From an uncultured Methanospirillum sp. (GTDB lineage: Archaea; Halobacteriota; Methanomicrobia; Methanomicrobiales; Methanospirillaceae): a stretch of DNA of 64,000 nucleotides. The notes under the pieces were generated by a model. The model saw only the letters and a program-made list of their open reading frames with translations. It was not told the origin of the DNA and searched no databases. Numbering within the stretch: the stretch's first letter is position 1; the number at the start of each line of letters is the position of its first letter. Positions 7,818 through 19,518 of the stretch are shown piece by piece. The stretch spans positions 1 through 64,000 of the forward strand of contig CAZWTX010000005.1 of the NCBI GenBank assembly GCA_964637135.1, written 5' to 3'. Made by a program: the position numbers and the translations under genes.

Positions 7818-9419
7818 TTAATAATCCATCGGACTGACGCCGCCCGGTGCATGGGACCGGGAGACCATCATGTCATCGACCCGGAGAAGCATCTCAACGG
7901 CCTCTCCTGAACTCTGGATAGCCTGTTTCTTGCACCGCAGAGGCTCGATGACCCCGTCCTTGAGCATATCGGTCATCTTCCCGGTGAAGACATTCAGCCC
8001 GAAGTTCTTCTTGCCACTGGCATGGGCAGACTTCAGCTCGACGAGCTTGTCAATCGGGTTGAACCCTGAGTTCTCGGCAAGGGTAATCGGGATTGCTGAG
8101 AACGCATCTGCATAAGCCTCGATGGCTAGCTGCTCGCGTCCGCCGACCTTAGTTGCATATTCGCGGAGCCGGATGACAAGTTCGGTCTCGACCGCTCCGC
8201 CACCGGGAACATACTCGGCATCTTCCATGGTATCCATGACGACCCGGGTTGCATCCACCATGGCACGCTCAAGTTCATCAACAAGGTACATGGTTGACCC
8301 GCGGAGGAGAATGGTCACGAGTTTTGCCTTCTTGACCCCGTAGATCTTGACCATATCTGCATCCTCGAACTGCTCGGCACCTTCAGCCTGTCCGAGCATA
8401 TTCTTGGTGAGATCAGATGCCTTCTGGGCGATGGTTGCATTGAGTGCCTGTGCGGCTAACTTGATGTCCTTCTCAGGAACATCCTCAATGGCAAGGATAC
8501 CGGCCTTTGCCAGGTAAAACTGGGCGGCATCAGCAATTCCCTTCTGGCAGAGGAGTACGTTTGCACCGGTTGCTGCAACAGCATCGGCCATGGCTTTCAG
8601 GGTTTCGCGTTCCTGCTTAGCAAATGCCTCCATCTGTTCAGTGGAACTGATCTTGATCTTGGACTTGACCTCGGTCTTCTTGATCTCGAGCGGACTGATA
8701 ACAATAGCAACCTTGGCGTTCCTGACCTTTTTTGGCATCTCCGTGTTGACCCGCTGCTTCTCAATCACAATCCCGTGGATCAGTTCGGCATCGTCCATGG
8801 TTGCACCGGTCTGCTTCTTGATCTGGACATCGTCCTCGTTGACGGTGATCTTCTTGCCGTCCTTCTCTGCAACGGTCATGACCGCTTCAACGGCAATCTT
8901 ACTGATCTTGTCCTTGACATCCTCGATGGACTTGCCGGTGATGGCAGTCGCGACGATCTTCTCCATGATCTTCTTATCATAGGGATCAGTGGTGGATGCC
9001 ATGGATTTGAGAACCTCGAGGGCTTTCTGCATTCCGAGGCGGTATCCCCGGGTGATGACCGTCGGGTGGATTTTCTTATTAAGAAGGGTTTCTGCCTGTT
9101 CCATGAGAGAACCGACAAGAACCACGGCAGTAGTGGTTCCGTCACCGACCTCTTCATCCTGGGTCCGGGAGACCTCGATCACCATCTTGGCACCGGGATG
9201 CTGGACTGAGATCTCATCAAGGATGGTGATCCCGTCATTCGTGATGGTAATATCTCCGGTTCCGTCTATGAGCATCTTGTCCATGCCGCGTGGTCCAAGC
9301 GTGGATCGTACTGCCTCGGCAAGGGCCTTGGCAGCGGCAATATTGGAGCGCTGGGCTTCATAGCCCTGGGTGCGGTCTACATTCTCTTTCAGAATGATTA
9401 CGGGCTGTTGCGCAAGCAT
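7818..9419 (-). CDS. ths: thermosome (group II chaperonin) subunit
   Basis: STLGPRGMDKM, GDGTTT, GGGAVE; GGAGG SD before the ATG at 9419. Confidence 0.97.
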   Translation of the reverse strand: MLAQQPVIILKENVDRTQGYEAQRSNIAAAKALAEAVRSTLGPRGMDKMLIDGTGDITITNDGITILDEISVQHPGAKMVIEVSRTQDEEVGDGTTTAVVLVGSLMEQAETLLNKKIHPTVITRGYRLGMQKALEVLKSMASTTDPYDKKIMEKIVATAITGKSIEDVKDKISKIAVEAVMTVAEKDGKKITVNEDDVQIKKQTGATMDDAELIHGIVIEKQRVNTEMPKKVRNAKVAIVISPLEIKKTEVKSKIKISSTEQMEAFAKQERETLKAMADAVAATGANVLLCQKGIADAAQFYLAKAGILAIEDVPEKDIKLAAQALNATIAQKASDLTKNMLGQAEGAEQFEDADMVKIYGVKKAKLVTILLRGSTMYLVDELERAMVDATRVVMDTMEDAEYVPGGGAVETELVIRLREYATKVGGREQLAIEAYADAFSAIPITLAENSGFNPIDKLVELKSAHASGKKNFGLNVFTGKMTDMLKDGVIEPLRCKKQAIQSSGEAVEMLLRVDDMMVSRSHAPGGVSPMDY

Positions 9420-9449
9420 ACGATATCCTCCGTCTGAGTACAGGTGATT

Positions 9450-9472
9450 TAAAGTTCTATATATAATTTTTG
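9450..9472 (-). promoter_or_regulatory. thermosome promoter (BRE/TATA)
   Basis: Minus strand reads CAAAAATTATATATAGAACTTTA about 40 nt upstream of the ATG. Confidence 0.65.
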
Positions 9473-9495
9473 AAGTGATCTGAAAAAAGAGGAAC

Positions 9496-10092
9496 CTAAT
9501 CAATTCTTGAGACCTTGTACAGGCTGTAAACCGGCACCCCCTCAACGTCACGGATTCCGCGCTTATCAAAGAGTACACAACATCCAAGCGGCACGCAACT
9601 GTTCCGTTTCAGGTACGACACCACCTCCTGGAGTGTATTTCCCGAGGTGATCACGTCATCGACGATGATGCACCGGTCCCCTGAGCGGATATCGAAATTC
9701 CCGCTCATGGAACCGATCGGATTATCGGGAGCAGCCTGCTTTGACGGGTGGTATATTGCAAGCCGGCTCTGTTCTATCTGGGCCATGAGGGTGGCAATCG
9801 GGATACCGGAATGGGCTATCCCGACAAAGACAACTCTTCCGGTTGCTTCCGGTTCAGCCAGATGATATCGTGCAAGGAGCATCCTCGCATTCCCTTCAAG
9901 GAGAACTGATTCGCCGCTCACCGCGGTCCAGTCAATATGTACATCCTTCGGGGTGATCGTTCCCTTCTCCTGGGTTAAAAGCCAGGTTACCGTCTCCATC
10001 GAGAGCGAGAGTTCATCAGCAATCTGGCCGGGGCTGTGGCCTTCACTCCGCAGGTGCCGGGCTTTCTGGATCAGGTCTTCAAGGGTGCTCAT
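9496..10092 (-). CDS. PyrE-like phosphoribosyltransferase-fold protein with N-terminal HTH (GfcR-type)
   Basis: [33 protein letters not shown]-binding motif. Confidence 0.85.
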   Translation of the reverse strand: MSTLEDLIQKARHLRSEGHSPGQIADELSLSMETVTWLLTQEKGTITPKDVHIDWTAVSGESVLLEGNARMLLARYHLAEPEATGRVVFVGIAHSGIPIATLMAQIEQSRLAIYHPSKQAAPDNPIGSMSGNFDIRSGDRCIIVDDVITSGNTLQEVVSYLKRNSCVPLGCCVLFDKRGIRDVEGVPVYSLYKVSRID

Positions 10093-10113
10093 CAGAAAGA
10101 GATCTGGTCCGGC

Positions 10114-10593
10114 CTACTTAATTTTTCTTCTTACCGTCGCCCCGCAGTCAGGACAGGACTCACCGGGAGGCATGGTCTCATACGTCTTCCCGCATCCCGT
10201 GCACCGGAGATTCCAGAGCCTGGCTTTTGCTTTCCGCTGGAGAATCGGCCTTACCGGAATCCCCAGTTTTTTTGCTGTGTTTTGGATGGCAAAATCGTCG
10301 GTCACAAGGATTCCTTCCCGGTCAAGCGCCAGGGCAAGAAGATCCTGGTCGGTTGCCGAAAGGACGGACGCATCGCCTGACTGGTTCGAAGCGGCCTGTA
10401 CCCGTTCGAAAGAGGAAGGAGAAGGGTCACAGACCCGGAGACCGGCTGATTCGAGAACGGCGAGCCGTGCCCGGCTCCTGAGATCCTTCAGTTCTTCAAC
10501 GACCCGGGGAACGGTGATGAGATCACCATCAAGGGAGAGATGGATGAAAAAAAAAGAGGTGTCGAGGATGTATACCCCTGCCGGTGTGGCCAT
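10114..10593 (-). CDS. nob1: NOB1 family PIN endonuclease
   Basis: YILDTS, LSATD, TDDFAIQN, C-terminal CTGC...CPDC. Confidence 0.9.
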   Translation of the reverse strand: MATPAGVYILDTSFFFIHLSLDGDLITVPRVVEELKDLRSRARLAVLESAGLRVCDPSPSSFERVQAASNQSGDASVLSATDQDLLALALDREGILVTDDFAIQNTAKKLGIPVRPILQRKAKARLWNLRCTGCGKTYETMPPGESCPDCGATVRRKIK

Positions 10594-10594
10594 G

Positions 10595-11443
10595 TTACCG
10601 GTTGTGCAGGGCCTCTGCAATGACTGCAGCCGCAGAATACCCGCTGCATGCCTGTTCTATCGTGTCGCTGCAGGTGACTGACCGGATTCCGGCGGAAAGC
10701 AGCCGGACATATGCCCCGGTTGCAAACACCCCGTGAACGCAGACCGTGTGGATTGAAGCGGCTCCCTGTTCGTACAGCATCTTTGTTGCTGTTGCCTGGG
10801 TTCCGCCGGTTGAGATGATATCATCTACGATGATCACATCGCGGTTCTTCACCGGGATGCTCTTCGGTTCGATCCTCACCTCCTCTCCGGAGATCCTGAC
10901 TTTGTGGAGGTGGTCCGATTCCCACCCGCCGACATCGGCAATATCATGGGAGAGAATGGCAGCCCCGATATCCGGGCCGAGTATGAGGGGGGATGAACAG
11001 GGGAGTGTTCTGATAAATTCCCCGATAGATCGGGCAAGAGAAAGGTTCCGTGCCGGAGCAGGGAAATGATCGAGCACGGTATCTTCATGAATATTCACCA
11101 TGATGATCTCCTTCATTCCCTGGCCGACTGCTGCTGCAATCGCCCGTGCCGAGAGCGGTTCACCGGCGTTGAACTGTTTGTCCTGGCGTGCATATCCCAT
11201 GTACGGGATCACGAGGGTTATGCCGGTATCACGAAAAGCATCAGCCAGGAGAAGGATTTCAACCAGGTCATCGCTGGTAACAATGCTCCCGACCAGAATG
11301 ACCTCGGAATCACTCCCGGCAGCCCGCAGGTATATCTCGCCGTCAGGAAAATTCTGCCATTTGATATCAATGAGAGGAATATTAAGGAGGGATGCCAGCC
11401 GACCGGCCAGGACCTGGGATCGCCTGGTACTGATGATCTTCAT
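10595..11443 (-). CDS. prs: ribose-phosphate pyrophosphokinase
   Basis: FPDGE, PYMGYARQDK, VDDIISTGGT. Confidence 0.95.
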   Translation of the reverse strand: MKIISTRRSQVLAGRLASLLNIPLIDIKWQNFPDGEIYLRAAGSDSEVILVGSIVTSDDLVEILLLADAFRDTGITLVIPYMGYARQDKQFNAGEPLSARAIAAAVGQGMKEIIMVNIHEDTVLDHFPAPARNLSLARSIGEFIRTLPCSSPLILGPDIGAAILSHDIADVGGWESDHLHKVRISGEEVRIEPKSIPVKNRDVIIVDDIISTGGTQATATKMLYEQGAASIHTVCVHGVFATGAYVRLLSAGIRSVTCSDTIEQACSGYSAAAVIAEALHNR

Positions 11444-11528
11444 GCCTGCATACAGTTCTGCTGAAAGTACTTAAACCATTGTTCATGTAATTAATACCAC
11501 AAGCGGCAGTACAGGTGTTAGGACTCTG

Positions 11529-13583
11529 ATGAATACGGTGGAATCGACCTCTCTTTTTATGAACAATATCGAAAATGCAGGAAATAATCCTGCCGAGCAG
11601 CAAACCCCTCCCGGGGATAGTCGTACACAGGATGGTCAGCCTGAAGACATCCTTTCTGCGCCACTCAATACGGACACTTCTCCCGGGGAAGAACCTGTTC
11701 AGGAAGCTGCGGCAACCCCGGTGGATGATGGTACCTCGCGATCCATTTCATTGCCTGAACAACTGATTGACCAGGTTATCGGTCAGGACCACGCGGTTGA
11801 GGTCATCAGGAAAGCAGCAACCCAGCGACGGCATGTCATGATGATCGGAACACCCGGGACCGGAAAATCCATGCTAGCCAAGGCAATGGCAGAACTTCTT
11901 CCAAAGGAGGAGATGCAGGATATCCTTGTCTACCCGAACTCGGAAGACAACAACGAACCGGTCATCAGGACGGTCAAATCAGGCAGGGGAAAAGAGATCG
12001 TCTCTGCCCACAAGGCAGAAGCGAGGAAGAAGACACAGTTTCGAAACACCCTGATCATGATCCTCATGCTCGGGATCATCGGGTATTCATTCATCACGTA
12101 CCAGTGGCTGATGGGCATCATTGCGGCTGCCTTCGTCTTCATGGCACTCCGGTACGCCACCCCCCGTGAGGAGCAGATGGTTCCGAAACTCCTCGTTTCA
12201 AACGATAAGATTACCACGGCACCCTTTGTTGATGCCACCGGCTCCCATGCCGGGGCACTTCTTGGGGATGTCAGGCATGATCCGTTCCAGTCAGGCGGTC
12301 TTGAAACCCCGGCACACGACCGGGTCGAAGCCGGCGCTATCCACCGGGCACACAAAGGCGTTCTCTTCATCGACGAGATCAATACCCTCGGACTTCCTGC
12401 CCAGCAGAGCCTGCTCACTGCCATGCAGGAAGGCTCCTTCTCGATCACCGGACAGAGCGAGCGTTCTTCGGGGGCCATGGTCAGGACCGAACCGGTTCCC
12501 TGTGACTTTGTCATGGTCGCTGCAGGAAACCTCGATGCCATCGAAGGAATGCACCCGGCCCTCCGATCCCGTATCCGCGGAAACGGATACGAGGTCTACA
12601 TGGAAGAGACGATGCCTGATACCGCGGAGAACCGAGAGAAATTTATCAGGTTCATCGCACAGGAGATCAAGAACGACGGGATGATCCCGCACTTTGATAA
12701 AGACGCCATCGACGAGGTCCTCCATGAGGCACGCCGCCGTTCGAACCGGAAAGGACACCTGACCCTGAAACTGCGTGACATGGGCGGCCTGATAAGGGTG
12801 GCAGGCGATCTTGCCCGCCAGCAGAAAGCTGAACTCACCACCCGGACCCACGTCATTGATGCAAAGAAAACCGCCCGTTCAATTGAGGACCAGATCTCAG
12901 AGCAGGTTATCCGCCGGACCCGCGAGTATGAACTGGCCGTCGTCGAGGGAACCCAGGTTGGACGGGTGAACGGTCTTGCCGTTATGGGAAGCGACGCCGG
13001 ATCCGTTCTCCCGATCATGGCAGCCATCACCCCGGCCCAGGGTGACGGGGGCAACATTATTGCCACCGGACTGCTCAAGGAGATCGCCCAGGAGTCTATC
13101 AAGAATGTCGGTGCCATCCTGAAACGGTTTACCGGCAAGGACATCCGCAATATCGATATCCATATCCAGTTCATCGGCACCTACCAGGGTGTTGAGGGAG
13201 ATTCGGCCTCTATCACCGTCGCAACTGCCGCTATCAGCGCCCTCGAACAGATCCCGGTCAGGCAGGATCTCGCGATGACCGGATCCCTCTCGGTCAGGGG
13301 GGATGTCCTCCCCGTCGGCGGGGTCACCTATAAAATAGAAGCGGCAGTCAAGGCCGGGATAAAGACGGTCATCATTCCGAAGGCAAACATGGAAGATGTC
13401 CTCATCGAAGATGAGTATGCAAAGGTCGTCACGATCATCCCGGTGGTCCATATCCAGGAAGTCCTGGATATCGCCCTTGTCCCGGAGAACCGGGATGGAT
13501 TCCTTGACAAGCTCAAGACCATCACCGGCACCGGGAAAAACTTCCTCTCTTCAGACCTGGCCCTGCACCGGACGGTTATCTGA
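11529..13583 (+). CDS. lonB: ATP-dependent protease LonB (membrane-anchored)
   Basis: [10 protein letters not shown] insert, LFIDEI, GDSAS catalytic Ser, PVGGVTYK. Confidence 0.96.
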   Translation: MNTVESTSLFMNNIENAGNNPAEQQTPPGDSRTQDGQPEDILSAPLNTDTSPGEEPVQEAAATPVDDGTSRSISLPEQLIDQVIGQDHAVEVIRKAATQRRHVMMIGTPGTGKSMLAKAMAELLPKEEMQDILVYPNSEDNNEPVIRTVKSGRGKEIVSAHKAEARKKTQFRNTLIMILMLGIIGYSFITYQWLMGIIAAAFVFMALRYATPREEQMVPKLLVSNDKITTAPFVDATGSHAGALLGDVRHDPFQSGGLETPAHDRVEAGAIHRAHKGVLFIDEINTLGLPAQQSLLTAMQEGSFSITGQSERSSGAMVRTEPVPCDFVMVAAGNLDAIEGMHPALRSRIRGNGYEVYMEETMPDTAENREKFIRFIAQEIKNDGMIPHFDKDAIDEVLHEARRRSNRKGHLTLKLRDMGGLIRVAGDLARQQKAELTTRTHVIDAKKTARSIEDQISEQVIRRTREYELAVVEGTQVGRVNGLAVMGSDAGSVLPIMAAITPAQGDGGNIIATGLLKEIAQESIKNVGAILKRFTGKDIRNIDIHIQFIGTYQGVEGDSASITVATAAISALEQIPVRQDLAMTGSLSVRGDVLPVGGVTYKIEAAVKAGIKTVIIPKANMEDVLIEDEYAKVVTIIPVVHIQEVLDIALVPENRDGFLDKLKTITGTGKNFLSSDLALHRTVI

Positions 13584-14917
13584 TGCATTCAGGGATCAGG
13601 TACTACGATCTCCGCCGGGTATACGGCGAGATCACCCAGATTGATATCGATAACGGCCAGGTTGACCAGGCCGGCACCTCTTTTTACGACAAGGCAATCC
13701 TCCGGGTTCTCGGTGAACGCGGATGGGGTATCATCTCGCTGACCGGCGCTGAAGCCGAGGCAGAAAAAGTCACTGATGATCTCCTCTCCCGGGCATACGA
13801 AGCCTCGAAGATCACCACCGAACAGATTGAAATCTCGTCATCTCCGTCTTCAATTCACCCGGTCCCTCCCCTGAAGGAAGACCCCCGGGAGGTAAGCCTC
13901 GAGGAGAAAGCACAAATCCTCCTCGATCTCGACAAAGCCGCAACCGGCGATACCATTGTCTCCCGCCGGGTTACCTATATCGAGAAATCACACCAGGTGT
14001 CTTTCCAGGATTCATCAGGGAATGAATATGCCTACGAAATCTGCCGGAGCGGGTTCAACGTTCTTGCCGTCGCATCGCGGGCAGGAGTTGTGCAGATGGG
14101 ATACGAACGGGATCACTCGATATCCGGTCTGAACATCCGGCACCGTGAAGACCTCGCACGTGAAGCAGCCCGCCGGGCTGTTGAACTCCTCGATGCAAAA
14201 CCGGCAAAAGGGGGGAAGATGCATGCGATCCTTGACCCCGAACTCGCCGGAGTCTTTGCCCATGAGGCTGTCGGGCATGCAGCAGAGGGTGATCTTGTCA
14301 AGGAAGGGAGCTCGGTCCTCAGGGGCATGATGGGATCTGCCATCGGATCCCCCCTGATTACCATCGTAGACGACCCGTCCCTGCCCGAGTTCGGGTTCTG
14401 TCCGGTCGACGACGAAGGTTCGGCAACTGCCCGTACCGAGATCATCTCACGGGGCGTGCTTTCTGCCTACCTTCATTCGAAAGAGACACTTGCCGCCGTC
14501 GGTGACGGGGCATGCGGCCATGCCCGCGGTATGGCAGGCGAGATCCCGATTGTGAGAATGAGCAACACGTTCATTGAAAACGGGGATTCCCGGTTTGAAG
14601 AGATGGTTGAAGAATGCAGAACCGGCATCCTTCTGAAGGGATCCCGGGGCGGGCAGGTTGACCCGGGCCGGGGCATGTTCCAGTTCAACGCCGAGTACGG
14701 CTACCTTATTGAGAACGGAGAATGCTCCACCATGGTCAGGGATGTCTCCCTCTCGGGAGAGATCCTTGCAACCCTTCATGCCGTCAGGATGGTTGCCGGT
14801 GACAAGGCCCTGCATCCCGGGTACTGCGGAAAAGGTGGTCAGAGCGTCCCGGTGACAGATGGCTCCCCACATATCCTGCTTGACAATGCTGTCGTCGGGG
14901 GGTGCGATGTTGATTGA
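13583..14917 (+). CDS. tldD: TldD family metalloprotease
   Basis: HEAVGH, RMSNT, CGKGGQSVPV. Confidence 0.92.
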   Translation: MHSGIRYYDLRRVYGEITQIDIDNGQVDQAGTSFYDKAILRVLGERGWGIISLTGAEAEAEKVTDDLLSRAYEASKITTEQIEISSSPSSIHPVPPLKEDPREVSLEEKAQILLDLDKAATGDTIVSRRVTYIEKSHQVSFQDSSGNEYAYEICRSGFNVLAVASRAGVVQMGYERDHSISGLNIRHREDLAREAARRAVELLDAKPAKGGKMHAILDPELAGVFAHEAVGHAAEGDLVKEGSSVLRGMMGSAIGSPLITIVDDPSLPEFGFCPVDDEGSATARTEIISRGVLSAYLHSKETLAAVGDGACGHARGMAGEIPIVRMSNTFIENGDSRFEEMVEECRTGILLKGSRGGQVDPGRGMFQFNAEYGYLIENGECSTMVRDVSLSGEILATLHAVRMVAGDKALHPGYCGKGGQSVPVTDGSPHILLDNAVVGGCDVD

Positions 14918-16196
14918 TAAGATCCTGAAGGTGGCAGCATCACTTGTTGACGAAGCCGAGGTGATGCTCGTATCCGGAACCGGGATATCGGCAGATCTGA
15001 AGAGACAGGATATAGCCATCGGCAGTCTCGCCTCATACTCCGGCATCGTCATCAGGACTATCACCGACGGCAGGATCGGGGTATCCTCGTCTGATGATCC
15101 CGCTTCCTGGAAAGCCTGTCTCGATGCGGCAATACACAGTGCACGTCTGGCAGACCCGGTTGACTGGAAGGGACTGCCCGGACCGGCCCCTCTTGAAACC
15201 AAACCACTTGCATATGATCCAAAGGTCCGGGCAGATCCCGGTCTTCTGAACGATCTTCTCGACCGGATGCACTGCGGAGCACAGCAATATCCGGATGCCG
15301 GGGTGACATCAGGGTCTGTCAGTCTTGGCAAGGTTACCCATACCATCGCAAATACGAACGATTTGGTGTACGAGACCACACAGACCCATGTCTCCCTGGG
15401 GCTTGAGATGATATCAGGGCAGTCAACCGGATTTGAATCTGACTCTTCCTGGGAGCTCTCACGGATAGATCCTGAACATATCGGGGAGACTGCGGCATTC
15501 TTCGCCTCGAAAGGGAAATCCGGGGAGGAAATAAAGACCGGTACATACGATATTGTCCTCTCACCGATGGCAATCTCCCATCTTCTCGATGCCGCAGTAA
15601 TTCCGGCATTATCCGGGAGGAACGTTCATACCGGGAGATCGTACTTTGCCGGAAAACTCAGGACTGCCGTGGCAGGATCCACCATCTCGCTCTATGATGA
15701 TCCCTTCGATCCCCGGGGAGCTGGGAACTGTGCATGGGATGGCGAAGGAACTCCGGTCAGACGGGTTGACTACATCCGGGACGGCATCCTCTCCTCGTTT
15801 GCATACGATCTCCGGACAGCCTACCGGTACGGTGCAGAACCGACGGGTAGCGCTACCCGGGGCGGGCAGGGAGGTGCTCCGTCGATTGGTTTTCATAACC
15901 TGATCCTTGCCGGAAAGGAAAAGAACCTCATGGAGGATAATTCCCTGTACATTCATGACCTGATCGGTGCCCACACGGCGAACCCGATGTCAGGCGACTT
16001 CTCGGTCGAACTCTCGTCCCCGTTCATCATCGAAGGCGGAGAACTGGCCAGGCCGGTGCGGACCGGGATGCTCTCAGGCAACATATTCAGCATGCTCCAC
16101 GAGATCGACGGCTGCAGCAGGGAGACAAGAACCTTTGGTTCACTGATCGTCCCCTCCGTTGCCATCAGGAATGCGGCTATTGTCGGCAGGGCATAA
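14907..16196 (+). CDS. pmbA: PmbA/TldE family protein
   Basis: DGEG, NPMSGDFS; paired with tldD. Confidence 0.88.
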   Translation: MLIDKILKVAASLVDEAEVMLVSGTGISADLKRQDIAIGSLASYSGIVIRTITDGRIGVSSSDDPASWKACLDAAIHSARLADPVDWKGLPGPAPLETKPLAYDPKVRADPGLLNDLLDRMHCGAQQYPDAGVTSGSVSLGKVTHTIANTNDLVYETTQTHVSLGLEMISGQSTGFESDSSWELSRIDPEHIGETAAFFASKGKSGEEIKTGTYDIVLSPMAISHLLDAAVIPALSGRNVHTGRSYFAGKLRTAVAGSTISLYDDPFDPRGAGNCAWDGEGTPVRRVDYIRDGILSSFAYDLRTAYRYGAEPTGSATRGGQGGAPSIGFHNLILAGKEKNLMEDNSLYIHDLIGAHTANPMSGDFSVELSSPFIIEGGELARPVRTGMLSGNIFSMLHEIDGCSRETRTFGSLIVPSVAIRNAAIVGRA

Positions 16197-16197
16197 C

Positions 16198-16947
16198 ATG
16201 GAAACTCCCTTTCCCGTGAGCGAACCAGATAGGATCATCCGGATCATTGCCTCCCTCTCCAGTCCGCGACAGGTTGTACATCCTGATCTTGTCTTTGCGG
16301 ACGCGATAGAGATCCGACTCGACCTTATCACCGAACCGATCGGCGACCTTCTCGCCGATCTCAGGATCCGCTTTACCGGTCCCATCATCCTGACCGTCAG
16401 GAGCAGCGATGAAGGAGGAGCGTTTGCCGGTGACAGTGCCGGATACCGGGAACAGGTTACTCCGTTCCTGCCGGTTGCTACCTACATCGATCTCGAGTCG
16501 AAGTTCCGTGATCTCGCTCCCTGGGTCCGGGAAAACGGGGCTGAAGTTATCGCCTCCTGTCACCTGAACACCATGCCTTCCGACAGGGATCTCACATACC
16601 TGACCAGTGACCTCCGGTCTTTCGGCGACATCCCCAAGATCGCGGTCCAACCACAGAACCAGGAGGATCTCCTCCGGTTGCTGGACTTCACCTGCCGGGA
16701 ACAAAAACCGATTATCGTATCCGTGACCGGGGAACGCTGCCGGTATGCCCGACCCCTGCTTGCCCTCTTCGGCTCGCTCTTCACGTACTGCTACGTGGAC
16801 AGCCCGACATCCCCCGGCCAGTACAGCATCAGGGAGATGCAACTTCTCTCCCGTCTCCTCACTCCGGGAACCATTGATACCTGGTTTGAAGGAAGACCGG
16901 TCAGATCGGGGGGAACTGGCAGTTTTACCCGAAGGATCAACATCTGA
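16198..16947 (+). CDS. aroD: type I 3-dehydroquinate dehydratase
   Basis: EIRLD, TVRSSDEGG, IASCH, IPKIAV, PGQ. Confidence 0.88.
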   Translation: METPFPVSEPDRIIRIIASLSSPRQVVHPDLVFADAIEIRLDLITEPIGDLLADLRIRFTGPIILTVRSSDEGGAFAGDSAGYREQVTPFLPVATYIDLESKFRDLAPWVRENGAEVIASCHLNTMPSDRDLTYLTSDLRSFGDIPKIAVQPQNQEDLLRLLDFTCREQKPIIVSVTGERCRYARPLLALFGSLFTYCYVDSPTSPGQYSIREMQLLSRLLTPGTIDTWFEGRPVRSGGTGSFTRRINI

Positions 16948-17011
16948 TATCCTGATCAGACCCGGAGAGATTCTATACCAGACGGGATCTAATTTATAAA
17001 GGGGTTTTCAC

Positions 17012-17824
17012 ATGGGTCTCTTCAGGATCTTTTGTATCATTCTTGTTCTGCTCATATTATTCACCATCCTGTTCCCGGTTCCGGTACTCAATATTTTTGC
17101 TGCCGGACCGGTATCCCAGGTTATCTCTGCGGATCTCAGGATGAACACCGGGATTGCCCTTGCCGGGTTGGCATCCCTCACGTTCAGGCCGTCAACCGCC
17201 GCTGACGTGTATGAATACCTGATAATGGCATTCCCGGGCAATGATCAGTTCTACCAGCAGCGGGCAGAGGCTCTCTTTGCCGCGTCCCGGTACGAGGATA
17301 CTATCACTGCCTGTGATGAGGCATTATCCCGTGATCCCGGGAATGTGAAACTAATGAACCTGAAAGGCAGATCGTTCATTAAGCTTGACCAGTTCGAATC
17401 AGCCGACCAGGTTTTTTCCCGGATATTAACCCAGGTAACCGATAATCCCGAATATCTGGTCATCATCGGAGATGTCGCCCTTGAAAAGGGGATCTATCTT
17501 CAGGCCTATGATGCATACACCAGGGCACTCAGGCTAAATCCAGGAGACGGGCTTACCTGGGAAAAACGCGGAGATGTGATTTTCGTCTTCCTGACGATTC
17601 CAACAGCTTCGGCAGGAGCAGAATCCTCATTCATGACCCGGGATCTCTATACCGAAGGGGTGACGAGTTACACGCAGGCCATGGCATTAAGACCGGAAAG
17701 GTCCTCCGATATCACGACCAAACTGGAGAAGCATTCAGCAGAGTATACTCCCCGGACCATCCGGGATCTTGAGGCCAGGTACACCTCGTACCGGTACCTC
17801 CCGGTCAGAACGGTCGGGCATTAA
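17012..17824 (+). CDS. TPR-repeat protein with N-terminal membrane anchor
   Basis: Hydrophobic N-terminus; repeats such as AYDAYTRALRLNP. Confidence 0.8.
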   Translation: MGLFRIFCIILVLLILFTILFPVPVLNIFAAGPVSQVISADLRMNTGIALAGLASLTFRPSTAADVYEYLIMAFPGNDQFYQQRAEALFAASRYEDTITACDEALSRDPGNVKLMNLKGRSFIKLDQFESADQVFSRILTQVTDNPEYLVIIGDVALEKGIYLQAYDAYTRALRLNPGDGLTWEKRGDVIFVFLTIPTASAGAESSFMTRDLYTEGVTSYTQAMALRPERSSDITTKLEKHSAEYTPRTIRDLEARYTSYRYLPVRTVGH

Positions 17825-17841
17825 CCTGCGGGAGCCTATGT

Positions 17842-19398
17842 ATGCGGTTCACCGGTCTATATCCTGTTTTCATCCTCCTCTTCCTCGTCCCGGGAGTTTC
17901 AGCCGGAGGTCTTCCCGTTGACGGGCATACCGTCGACGAATGGAAAGAAATACTCAAAGTATCACCTGATCAAAATCGCCTGATCGGCTTGATGCTTGAC
18001 TGTACCATATATCCTGATCTTTATTACCAGAATACCGGCGATATTACCCTGACCGGCCGGTTGCAAAGCGTATTCGGCCCGGTTGCAGACGAACCGGTAG
18101 ACCTCCTGCAGGTGAATGAATCTGCAGATGTACTTATCGGACAGAATGTAACCGATGAGGAAGGTTTTGTCACCTTTGTCATTCCCGGATCAGACCAGGG
18201 ACCCACCCGGTACCAGCTCAGATTCACCACCAATGGCACCTTGAAGGCGGATGTCATTGAAAGCAGGGCATATGAAGTCGTGTCCGGGTATCTTCCGGAG
18301 GCAGCGGTAACCGGAGATACCGGGAAGACCAGCAGCCAGGATACCCCATCGGCTCTTCTTCAGCCTGACCATACCCGTACCCAGAGCGAATCGTCAGCGG
18401 GTCCGACGCTCACCCTTGATGTTGCCCCTGAACAGAATTCATTCGGAGATAATGTCACGTTCAGCGGTTATCTGAGGACCGACCGGGGCACCAGTCTGTC
18501 ACGGAACAGCATTTTCCTCCGGGAGAGTCCTGATTCCGAAATACTTCCGGGAATGCCGGTCCAGACCGGAACGGATGGATCATACGCGGTATCATACCAT
18601 CTCCCCGGAACGGGAGATCTTACGGTCAGGGCGGTATCAACCGGTCAGAAGACCGGGGCCATTCTCTCTGATGCCCGTTCCCTAACCTGGGATCGGAACG
18701 GATATACTCCACCGGTAAAGGTGATCCCATCCCGGCGGCAGATAGATCTTTCTGTTTCAGCCAGTCAGGCGCTACCGGGAGAGAACCTGACGGTGTACGG
18801 CTGGTTCCTTGTCGCCGGGGGAGACCCGGTCATTCGAGCTGCACCCGGATTATTCCAGTATAATATCCATGACGGGGGATGGGACCGGTTTGAAGAGACA
18901 ACTGATGCATTAACCGACCGGAACGGGGGATTTGTCATCCGTACCAATGCACCTGATCTCCCCGGGCAGTATTACCTTGCTGCAATCAGCCTGGATGAAC
19001 CCGGTAACCGCCCGCTCTTTTCAAACCTGCTCGCTCTGACAGTGGTCAGTCCGGCCGGTGACCTTCCGGTTCCTGCCCCCGGGATCTCACTGGAGATTCG
19101 TGCGGATCCCCCGCTGGTATCCCCGGGAAATACCACGAGGATCACGTTCTCACTCCATGACACTACCGGATCACCCCTTGGTGGCGAGAATCTCTCGCTT
19201 CTCTTTTCAGAGGATGGGTTTACCTGGATGTATTCAGAAGACGGGTCAGCCATCACTGACACTGATGGGCAGTTCAGCCTGAACGATACCCCGAAAAAAG
19301 AGGGTTATCATTACTACCGGGCCATATTTGCAGGAACGGATACCCTGCCGGCAGCAGAGAGCGACACCCTTGTCATACCGGTGTTATCCAGTCCATAA
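17842..19398 (+). CDS. secreted protein with Ig-like/beta-sandwich repeats
   Basis: Signal peptide; repeated 'VT.SG.L...TD.DG.F/Y' units. Confidence 0.7.
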   Translation: MRFTGLYPVFILLFLVPGVSAGGLPVDGHTVDEWKEILKVSPDQNRLIGLMLDCTIYPDLYYQNTGDITLTGRLQSVFGPVADEPVDLLQVNESADVLIGQNVTDEEGFVTFVIPGSDQGPTRYQLRFTTNGTLKADVIESRAYEVVSGYLPEAAVTGDTGKTSSQDTPSALLQPDHTRTQSESSAGPTLTLDVAPEQNSFGDNVTFSGYLRTDRGTSLSRNSIFLRESPDSEILPGMPVQTGTDGSYAVSYHLPGTGDLTVRAVSTGQKTGAILSDARSLTWDRNGYTPPVKVIPSRRQIDLSVSASQALPGENLTVYGWFLVAGGDPVIRAAPGLFQYNIHDGGWDRFEETTDALTDRNGGFVIRTNAPDLPGQYYLAAISLDEPGNRPLFSNLLALTVVSPAGDLPVPAPGISLEIRADPPLVSPGNTTRITFSLHDTTGSPLGGENLSLLFSEDGFTWMYSEDGSAITDTDGQFSLNDTPKKEGYHYYRAIFAGTDTLPAAESDTLVIPVLSSP

Positions 19399-19518
19399 CT
19401 GAACCGGACCACCGGACAACCAGGGCATTTATCTGCCTGGGGTCAGACCTGCCCGGTATTGTTTTTCATGGTTTTTATGAAAGGCCGGCCATCATGACCG
19501 GGAAGGCATAGGAAAAAA

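Noticed and set aside
7704..7910. 68-aa ORF
   Set aside because: Antisense to the tRNA and the thermosome end; spurious
9420..9587. N-terminal extension of the thermosome ORF
   Set aside because: Overlaps the upstream gene and promoter; the SD and conserved N-terminus support the ATG at 9419
11529..13583. Possible inteins in lonB (also rfcL)
   Set aside because: Normal lengths and no intein terminal or homing-endonuclease motifs
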